From an uncultured Pseudobdellovibrionaceae bacterium (GTDB taxonomy: Bacteria > Bdellovibrionota > Bdellovibrionia > Bdellovibrionales > UBA1609): a DNA stretch of 64,000 bases. The notes under the pieces are model-generated. The model was not told the DNA's origin, did no database searches, and worked only from the letters and a program-made list of their open reading frames with translations. The stretch is from the NCBI GenBank assembly GCA_964502735.1, contig CAZCYD010000005.1, forward strand, positions 54,632 to 118,631, in the 5' to 3' direction. The first letter of the stretch is position 1. Every line of letters begins with the position of its first letter. Positions 57,689-64,000 of this stretch are shown in pieces. The position numbers and the translations under genes are program-made.

Positions 57689-57886
57689 GTGTTTCTGGGT
57701 CAGATTGTGCAGGCAGAGTTTGTTGAGCAGGTGAGTCCCCAGACGTTTATTGTAAACTTTAATGGAAAGTTGATGCGTGTAAAAAACTCCACTCGGAAGA
57801 TATTCAAACCCAAAGATAAAATCGAGTTAAAGGTGTCTTCAATAAACCCTCTTTCCTTCACTCTCCTGAAAGGTGCCAGGCCCTAA
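57689..57886 (+). CDS. small hypothetical protein whose last 5 codons and stop come from the REP-like core
   Basis: The in-frame GTG after the upstream stop was chosen. Ends ..LLKGARP*. Confidence 0.3.
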   Translation: MFLGQIVQAEFVEQVSPQTFIVNFNGKLMRVKNSTRKIFKPKDKIELKVSSINPLSFTLLKGARP

Positions 57887-57894
57887 CTTGCACC
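57868..57894. repeat. REP-like core, solo half-copy (copy 3)
   Basis: GAAAGGTGCCAGGCCCTAACTTGCACC. Only a degenerate inverted partner lies downstream. Confidence 0.7.
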
Positions 57895-57960
57895 ACTAAG
57901 CGTTAATCTGCGGACTTGGGGGATCACTTTAGAGTGGTAAGTTGGCGCGGACTACTAGAG

Positions 57961-58464
57961 CTAGTGGTTGGCGCTAAGATGTATAAAAAGTGTGAAGTAG
58001 TATTTGACTAGGCTTTCAAGATTAAAAACTTGTCCTTCGTAGGTCCATTGTATATCAAATGGTCCCCACTGAGCCTTGAGGACATTGACTAATCCCGATG
58101 GACTTTTTTTGCCCTCGATGATGGGAGCGCCTAGCACGGAAGCATTGAGTTGGGTGGAGTAGATTTGAATAACTCCTGGCTGTATCATTGAAAAAATAAG
58201 TTGAATATTGTTGCGAAATAACATGAAGTCACAGGCTGTATTAGATACTCCATAGAGTTTGATCTGATTGGGAATTTCTCTTTTCATGGCATTGTAGGCT
58301 GTAGCCGCCTCGCCAAAGGCCCCTCGTAATTGTTTCAGAAATTGCATTGTGGACTTCTCGATAGAAACTGACTTTTGAAGATCAAATTTGAGATCGACAA
58401 GTCCTTTTTGTTCCTTTTCTTGCTCTTCTAGAACCAGGTCTTTAATCCAGTCAAGTTTGTCCAC
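57961..58464 (-). CDS. hypothetical protein
   Basis: ORF only. Confidence 0.4.
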   Translation of the reverse strand: MDKLDWIKDLVLEEQEKEQKGLVDLKFDLQKSVSIEKSTMQFLKQLRGAFGEAATAYNAMKREIPNQIKLYGVSNTACDFMLFRNNIQLIFSMIQPGVIQIYSTQLNASVLGAPIIEGKKSPSGLVNVLKAQWGPFDIQWTYEGQVFNLESLVKYYFTLFIHLSANH

Positions 58465-58686
58465 TCTGCCCCCTAAAAATGAAAACGCTCATTACAAAAG
58501 AATCTGCGATTAAACAACAAATAATTTTAGTGACTTGCTATTTTCAGATAATTATTCCCAATTGATAGCAATCAGCAAGAACTATAATCAGCGAAAGAAG
58601 TCTTGCGCCGCAGCGAGCAAAGAGAGTGTGGATTTGACATTTAAAAGCCATTATCTAGAATGTGACGTGTTTACAAGGAGTTGAGT

Positions 58687-59199
58687 ATGGCTAAAAAAGT
58701 TTTGTTTCTTCTTTCGGTTCTTGTGTTTTCTTTTACAATCTCTTGTGGTAGCAAGCAGAAAAAGTCTGATGAGAGTGGCGTTGTGCCAGGTGGAGAGCCG
58801 GGGGCTGAGATCTCATCTCGGAATATGAGCTTCGATCCTGAAGGTAGTGACGGTGGAAAAATTGAGGGATTGAGCACTGTAAATTTTGACTACGATAAAG
58901 CCACGTTGACTGATCGAGCACGCAATCAACTTAAAGACAATGCAAATTGGATTAAATCCAAATCTGATGTGGTTGTGCAAATAGAAGGTCACTGTGATAC
59001 GAGAGGTTCTGTTGAGTACAATTTAGCTTTGGGAGAGCGACGAGCAAAATCAGTAAAGAACTATCTTGTAAGTTTGGGTGTAGATGCAAAAAGGCTGACA
59101 ATTATCAGCTATGGAGAAGAAAAACCATTGGATGATGGATCGGGTGAGGACGCTCATGCGAGGAATAGAAGAGCTAACTTTGTTCCACTACCTAAATAG
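58687..59199 (+). CDS. pal: peptidoglycan-associated lipoprotein Pal (OmpA-like)
   Basis: Lipobox TISC. FDYDKATL, GHCDTRGS.EYNLALGERRA and NRRANF. The ATG 6 nt after AAGGAG was chosen. Confidence 0.9.
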   Translation: MAKKVLFLLSVLVFSFTISCGSKQKKSDESGVVPGGEPGAEISSRNMSFDPEGSDGGKIEGLSTVNFDYDKATLTDRARNQLKDNANWIKSKSDVVVQIEGHCDTRGSVEYNLALGERRAKSVKNYLVSLGVDAKRLTIISYGEEKPLDDGSGEDAHARNRRANFVPLPK

Positions 59200-59227
59200 G
59201 AAATTTGTTTTGAGAAAATTTATTGAA

Positions 59228-59257
59228 GCCGATGTCCTCAAGATGTCGGCTTTTTTT
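59228..59257 (+). terminator. hairpin plus T7 after pal, overlapping the next start codon
   Basis: GCCGATGTC/GATGTCGGC stem (two G-U pairs), loop CTCAA, then TTTTTTT. Confidence 0.4.
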
Positions 59258-59539
59258 ATTTTGTTTCTAACTCTAGTGGGGTGTGCCGGTCCTCGGCCCC
59301 TAGAGGAAATGGTTTTAGCCAAAGTCGCTTTGGACTCGGCTCGTGAATCGGGAGCTGTTACTTTTGCCTCTGGTTATTGGTACCGAGCAGAAGAAAGCTA
59401 CAGGAAGGGCGTGGTGTCTCTTCAGGGAAATTACAATTATGATGCAAAGGAGCAGTTTCAGGAAGCCAAGATTTATGCTGAAAAGGCAGAGAACTCAACA
59501 CGATTAAAAAAATTTAAATCAGGAGAAAGTTATCCATGA
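59243..59539 (+). CDS. small lipoprotein (DUF4398-like guess)
   Basis: Lipobox LVGC, helical. ATGA coupling to cpoB. Confidence 0.5.
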   Translation: MSAFFILFLTLVGCAGPRPLEEMVLAKVALDSARESGAVTFASGYWYRAEESYRKGVVSLQGNYNYDAKEQFQEAKIYAEKAENSTRLKKFKSGESYP

Positions 59540-60204
59540 AGAAGAAGTTGAACTACTTTTTTGTAATATTGATTTCAATGGTTCTTGTGGGATGTTTGAC
59601 TACCAGAACTCAGTTGCGTGAACAAAATCGTTTGCAGTCTGATGTGGCCACCCTTCAAGAAAATAAAGCTGAATACGAGGCCAGGAATCAGGAAGTTGAA
59701 AATCAAATGAGAGATTTTAATGGTCGGATCGAGGTACTAGAATTAAAAGCTAGAGAGATTCGAGATTCTTTTGCAAAAAAAGAGGATCAATCCAAGCTGG
59801 ATGCCGAATTATTGGAAAATAAGTTTAAATTTATTCAAGAAGCTCTGGTAAAAATAGATTCAGAGTTGCAACGATTGAGCAATGAGATATCTAATGTCAA
59901 GAAGAATCAAAGCACAAAGGCCGCCACATCGCCAAGTTCAACCTCGTCGCCAGGGAATTACGTTCAAGCAGAAAAGGACTTTGCAAATAAGAAGTGGAAA
60001 GAGGCTGCAGTTGGTTACCAAAAATACAGAGATCTTAACCCAAAGGGTAAGAATTATGCCGACGCAACTTACAAAATTGGTGTGTGTTTTCAAGAGATGG
60101 GTATGAAATCTGAAGCCAAGGCTTTTTTTGAAGAAGCTATGGAGAGGTATCCTAGTACACGCACGGCAGAAAAGGCAAAGTATAGACTCAAGACTTTAAA
60201 ATGA
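59536..60204 (+). CDS. cpoB: Tol-Pal associated coiled-coil/TPR protein CpoB (YbgF)
   Basis: Lipobox-like VGC, N-terminal coiled coil, C-terminal TPR (Y..A...F....W..A...Y..Y....P......A.YK.G.C). Lies next to pal. Confidence 0.7.
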   Translation: MKKKLNYFFVILISMVLVGCLTTRTQLREQNRLQSDVATLQENKAEYEARNQEVENQMRDFNGRIEVLELKAREIRDSFAKKEDQSKLDAELLENKFKFIQEALVKIDSELQRLSNEISNVKKNQSTKAATSPSSTSSPGNYVQAEKDFANKKWKEAAVGYQKYRDLNPKGKNYADATYKIGVCFQEMGMKSEAKAFFEEAMERYPSTRTAEKAKYRLKTLK

Positions 60205-61253
60205 ACAAAATTCAACGAGTACTTGCAGTTGAAACTAGTTGTGATGATACATCTGTAGCTATTGTCAGAACATCAGGGTTTGTCGAGTACATGACGTCCC
60301 TATCACAGGATGAGGTGCACAAGCCATTTGGTGGAGTCGTTCCAGAGGTTGCGAGTCGTGCACATTCAGAAAAAATACTTCACCTAATTGATAGAGCCAT
60401 ACAGGCTACCAGTTTGGGCTGGAAAGATATCGACGGTCTAGTTGTAACTAGTCGTCCAGGTTTGGTAGGCTCCTTACTTGTTGGATTAGTAACAGTTAAA
60501 ACACTAGCTATAATTTATAAAAAACCATTTGTTGGTGTTAATCATATTGAGGGGCATATCTGGGCCCCTTTTGTTTATTCGGAAGAAACTCAAACAAAAA
60601 TAGTACCAAATGAATTTCTTAGCCTGGCTGTAAGCGGAGGGCATACTCAAATTATTCATGTTAAGGGGTTTGGGAATTATACTATTTTAGGTAAGACTGT
60701 TGATGATGCCGCCGGTGAAGCTTTTGATAAATTTGCAAAGCTCTTGGGTTTGGGATACCCAGGTGGAGTTCTTGTCGATCAGCAAGCTCAACATGGAAAC
60801 CCTCATGCCTACAAGTTTCCGCGTCCGATGTTAAGGTCAGGAAACCTTGACTTCAGCTTTTCAGGGTTAAAAACTGCAGCATGGAATGTTATTTCTAATT
60901 TAGAAACGGGCGAGTTATCGACGGAAATTCCAAATCTGTGTGCGAGCTACCAAGAGGCAATTGTGGACGTGTTATTGGAAAAACTTAAAATGTCGATTAG
61001 CAAAGTCGGCAATATGCCTGTAACCGTGACGGGTGGAGTATCAGCTAATAGCCGTTTTAGAGAAAAGGTTGAGGTTTGGGCAGAAAAAGAAAAACTTTCC
61101 TTTTGTAAGCCGGAATTAAAGTACTGTACGGACAATGCGGCCATGATAGGATACGCCGGGGCAAGAAGATTAGCTAAAGGAGAGTCAAGCTCTTTAGACC
61201 TTGGTCCATTCCCAAGCTCTTTAGAAAATGATTTCAAATATGAAGATTTCTGA
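60201..61253 (+). CDS. tsaD: tRNA t6A37 threonylcarbamoyltransferase TsaD
   Basis: LAVETSCDDTSVAI, VNHIEGH, VSGGHT and GGVSAN. Confidence 0.95.
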   Translation: MNKIQRVLAVETSCDDTSVAIVRTSGFVEYMTSLSQDEVHKPFGGVVPEVASRAHSEKILHLIDRAIQATSLGWKDIDGLVVTSRPGLVGSLLVGLVTVKTLAIIYKKPFVGVNHIEGHIWAPFVYSEETQTKIVPNEFLSLAVSGGHTQIIHVKGFGNYTILGKTVDDAAGEAFDKFAKLLGLGYPGGVLVDQQAQHGNPHAYKFPRPMLRSGNLDFSFSGLKTAAWNVISNLETGELSTEIPNLCASYQEAIVDVLLEKLKMSISKVGNMPVTVTGGVSANSRFREKVEVWAEKEKLSFCKPELKYCTDNAAMIGYAGARRLAKGESSSLDLGPFPSSLENDFKYEDF

Positions 61254-62034
61254 AGTTAAAAGCCTTTGTGAGAATTTGGGAATTAGACCCACTAAAAGTT
61301 TAGGACAAAACTTTTTAGTTGATGAAAGTGTATGCAAAAAAATAGTAAGCCATACCATCGGTGAATATATCAATATTTTTGAAATCGGTCCGGGCTTGGG
61401 AGCTTTAACGAGAGGGCTATCTGAAATTCATCCAAATTTAAGATTAATAGAGTTAGATGGCAAGTTGGCAAATTATTGGCAACAAGAAGGTTTTGAAGTC
61501 AGCAATATAGATGCAGCTAAACTAGATTGGAAGGTTTTAACGAGCTCAGGAGCAACCCTAGTTGTTAGTAATTTGCCATATCAAATATCTTCAGTCATCG
61601 TCGTGGAGTTGTCGAGCATTAGCAATGTGATAAAAATGGTTTTGATGTTTCAAAAAGAAGTGGCACAAAGATTATCTTCAAAGCCTCGATCAAAAGACTA
61701 TGGGTTTTTATCAGTTATAGCTCAAACCTTTTGGAATATAGAGAAACTCGTTGATGTTTCAGCAGGTGCATTTTACCCTCCACCTAAAATTGAAAGTCGA
61801 GTCCTTGTTTTTAATAGGATAGATGGAATAACATTCTCAGAAAAATTTACTACCTTTGTTAAAAAAGCGTTTAGTCAGAGACGCAAGTATTTAGTTAAGA
61901 ATTTAAGCGTATATGACTCTTCCCAGAGACCTATTAGAGAGGTCTTTCTTAAAATGGGATTGGAATTGAATGTGAGAGCAGAAGAGTTGTCAGTTAAGCA
62001 GTATCAAAATTTATATAATGAGTTAGGATTATGA
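61228..62034 (+). CDS. rsmA: 16S rRNA A1518/A1519 dimethyltransferase RsmA (KsgA)
   Basis: LGQNFL, EIGPGLGALT, SNLPYQISS and FQKEVA.RL. Confidence 0.9.
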   Translation: MISNMKISEVKSLCENLGIRPTKSLGQNFLVDESVCKKIVSHTIGEYINIFEIGPGLGALTRGLSEIHPNLRLIELDGKLANYWQQEGFEVSNIDAAKLDWKVLTSSGATLVVSNLPYQISSVIVVELSSISNVIKMVLMFQKEVAQRLSSKPRSKDYGFLSVIAQTFWNIEKLVDVSAGAFYPPPKIESRVLVFNRIDGITFSEKFTTFVKKAFSQRRKYLVKNLSVYDSSQRPIREVFLKMGLELNVRAEELSVKQYQNLYNELGL

Positions 62035-62483
62035 GTATTAAAATTGTCAGCGAAAATAAAAAAGCAAGGCACGACTATGAAATCATTGAGAAGTACGAAG
62101 CTGGTATTGTGCTAACTGGCAGTGAAGTTAAATCTTTAAGAGAAAGCCAAATTACACTAAAAGATGCCTATGTGTCGTTTAAGGGAGATGAAGCCTATTT
62201 ACAAAATGCGCATATTGCTGAATACAAACAGAGTAGCTATTTTAATCATGAGCCTGAGCGTCTGCGAAAGCTTCTTTTAAATCGAAGAGAAATTAATGAA
62301 ATTCACGCGGCAGTCAAAGAAAAGGGATATTCTTGTATTCCACTAAAAGTGTACTTTAAAAAAGGTAGGGCTAAAGTTGAGATTGCTCTTGTAAGAGGTA
62401 AACTTAAAGGAGATAAACGAGAAAGCCTTAAGACGCGTGACGCGAATTTGGAGCTTCAGAGACAGTTGCGCCGTTCGAGGTAA
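62031..62483 (+). CDS. smpB: SsrA-binding protein SmpB
   Basis: ENKKARHDYEI, GIVLTGSEVKSLR, RKLLL and GKLKGDKRE. Confidence 0.95.
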   Translation: MSIKIVSENKKARHDYEIIEKYEAGIVLTGSEVKSLRESQITLKDAYVSFKGDEAYLQNAHIAEYKQSSYFNHEPERLRKLLLNRREINEIHAAVKEKGYSCIPLKVYFKKGRAKVEIALVRGKLKGDKRESLKTRDANLELQRQLRRSR

Positions 62484-63072
62484 TCTGAACCTCATCTAAG
62501 CCTATTTGTAATCTTTTTCTATTTATTAAATTTATCCATTCTTGGTGTTGAGGGTGGTCAATTGGAATATTTAAGTTTATTAAGTTTTCCACCTCTTGGT
62601 TTTGTATTTCGCGAATAAAATAATACAGATGATTATAGAGTCCTATGATTTCCGTGAATTCACTATAATTTTTTTCAATTATTGGACCACTATTCCACTT
62701 TCCGTGACTTAGATTTCTTATTTTATTTTTTACAACTTGTAGTGTTCGATCTACTCGCGATAGGAGTCTAAATACAATTACAGTTAAGACTAATAAAGAG
62801 GCTAGAACGGTAGCTATAAAGAGGTTGTTAATCCAAAATTTCTCTTTTTCTAACTGTTGCACAATAGCTGGAGTACTTTCATATGCCAGTTCAATAAATA
62901 AATCATAGTTAAAGTTAATGTAATAGATAACAGGAATTGAGAAAAACACCAGACTGAGTGCAAACACTCCTACAATAAAAAGTGTGTATTTAAATTCAAT
63001 GCGTTTTAACACTTCGAATTTCTTATGCCCGTCAGGTTTATCACTGAACTTAGTTGTCAATGGGGTCCACAT
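62428..63072 (-). CDS. two-TM membrane protein with a HAMP-like linker and no output domain
   Basis: Two hydrophobic segments followed by RLLSRVDRTLQVVKNKIRNLSHGKW...EFTEIIGLYNHL. The 3' end overlaps smpB by 56 nt. Confidence 0.4.
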   Translation of the reverse strand: MWTPLTTKFSDKPDGHKKFEVLKRIEFKYTLFIVGVFALSLVFFSIPVIYYINFNYDLFIELAYESTPAIVQQLEKEKFWINNLFIATVLASLLVLTVIVFRLLSRVDRTLQVVKNKIRNLSHGKWNSGPIIEKNYSEFTEIIGLYNHLYYFIREIQNQEVENLINLNIPIDHPQHQEWINLINRKRLQIGLDEVQITSNGATVSEAPNSRHAS

Positions 63073-63126
63073 GTCTATATTCTAATTTAGGTTGTCTTTT
63101 AATTAAAGGCTGCATATCATAAAGTA

Positions 63127-63900
63127 ATGAACTCCCATCTATTGTCCATCGGCAAAATTTGCCTATACCTTATTTTTGTCTTGTTGCTATCTTCATGTGT
63201 TTCAAATCGTAAAATGGGAGGCATGGGGTCTGAGGGCGGAAATATTGAGAATTCGGAGTTTGAATTATCTTTAACTTCGGAACGTGAAAATTTAGAAAAA
63301 TTGCGTGATAATATTCCCAAAGAAGTCAGAGAATCTAATGATTCTCTGAAGGAAATTCTTAAACAAATGGGTGAGCTAAAAATTCACCCTCAAAAAGTTA
63401 GAGAAAATTTTGATAAGATGCAGAGAAAGCAGAGAACAATTTTTCAGAAAGCACAAAAAAAATCTAGAGAAGCTTACACCAAAGAGGAAGCAAAGAATCG
63501 GGAAAGTTTTCTTAAACAGCAGAAAGCATTAAGAGATAAGTCTAGAAAAGAGGATATGGATCGCGATCAGAGGTCTGAATTTTATAATGAATTAGATTTA
63601 CGTAGGCGAGAGTTTTTTTCTGAACAAAGAGATAAAAGAAAAGAATTTGAGTCAGAATTAAAAGAAAAGAATAATGATTTTTATCACAACCTAACAACTC
63701 AGAGAAAAGAGTTTAATGAGGAATGGAAGTCTTACAATACTAGGTGGCAAGAATGGCAAAGAAACAAAAAGAGCAAACCCTTGACTAGTTCTGAGAGATC
63801 AAGCTCAAATAGTTTTTTTAGTCCACAAGAAGCTGCCGAATTTGATAGATTAAGAAAATTAGAAGGACAGAGGCAAAGACTTTCAACAGAAGACAACTAG
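63127..63900 (+). CDS. lipoprotein with a highly charged (K/E/R) coiled-coil body
   Basis: Lipobox LLSSC. Repetitive charged heptads. Confidence 0.5.
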   Translation: MNSHLLSIGKICLYLIFVLLLSSCVSNRKMGGMGSEGGNIENSEFELSLTSERENLEKLRDNIPKEVRESNDSLKEILKQMGELKIHPQKVRENFDKMQRKQRTIFQKAQKKSREAYTKEEAKNRESFLKQQKALRDKSRKEDMDRDQRSEFYNELDLRRREFFSEQRDKRKEFESELKEKNNDFYHNLTTQRKEFNEEWKSYNTRWQEWQRNKKSKPLTSSERSSSNSFFSPQEAAEFDRLRKLEGQRQRLSTEDN

Positions 63901-64000
63901 TCAATTTTTACGTCAGTTTATGACTTCAATTTGCATTTGATTCTTGAGAGCTTTAGAGAAATTTTCTTCATTATGAATCCAAACGTTAAAACTTCCTGAA

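Noticed and set aside
576-57894. CRISPR array interpretation of the repeated GGTGCCAGGCCCTA.. core
   Set aside because: Copies occur as inverted pairs at dispersed loci, not as direct repeats separated by unique spacers. No cas genes are present.
62428-63126. tmRNA (ssrA) gene next to smpB
   Set aside because: No tRNA-like acceptor/T-arm (GGTTCGAATCC-type) or tag-reading-frame features are visible. The space is occupied by a minus-strand membrane-protein ORF. The 56-nt convergent overlap with smpB is noted but probably just reflects a late stop.
63913-64000. Partial minus-strand ORF at the right edge (..SGSFNVWIHNEENFSKALKNQMQIEVIN*)
   Set aside because: Only 29 codons are visible, which is too short to support as a feature.

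Overview
This is an AT-rich bacterial chromosomal window, and about half of it is flagellar. The gene content (five short flagellin paralogs, a sheath-type and predatory-type repertoire of secreted proteins and lipoproteins, PilT, Tol-Pal) reminds me of Bdellovibrio-like or Bacteriovoracaceae-type organisms. That is only a guess.

Layout:
- 1-14.5 kb: housekeeping and DNA repair genes (mutY, recX, pilT, pgpA, cinA/pncC, recA, an SNase-like nuclease, aspartokinase), interleaved with three paralogous Ig-like, Cys-rich lipoproteins.
- 14.6-25.5 kb: flgFGAHI, flgJ-like, flgMN, flgKL, a very Tyr-rich lipoprotein, then csrA and fliW.
- 26-33 kb: prmA, rsmE, an RDD protein, hldC (ADP-heptose synthesis), USP, an outer membrane protein and unknowns.
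- 33.3-43.3 kb: five flagellin genes, each behind a recognisable sigma-28 promoter and interrupted by small accessory genes.
- 43.4-46.4 kb: flaG, fliD, fliS and a FliT-like gene.
- 46.5-51.9 kb: a tightly packed six-gene module behind a sigma-54 promoter. It encodes a TPR protein, a Rossmann/Maf-N-like protein, two glycosyltransferase family 9 (GT9) enzymes with long C-terminal extensions, and two unknowns.
- 52-64 kb: a cytoplasmic histidine kinase plus a stand-alone receiver, then rsmD, coaD, an aminotransferase, pal/cpoB, tsaD, rsmA and smpB.

I found no rRNA, tRNA, tmRNA, CRISPR array, integrase or transposase.

Most interesting observations:
- The sigma-54 GT9/TPR module, as a candidate flagellin or sheath glycosylation system.
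- The Ig-like lipoprotein triad.
- The GGA-motif clusters flanking csrA-fliW.
- A GC-rich REP-like palindromic element family that donates stop codons to two ORFs.
- The Tyr-rich lipoprotein.

All functional calls come from reading motifs by eye. No database search was possible.
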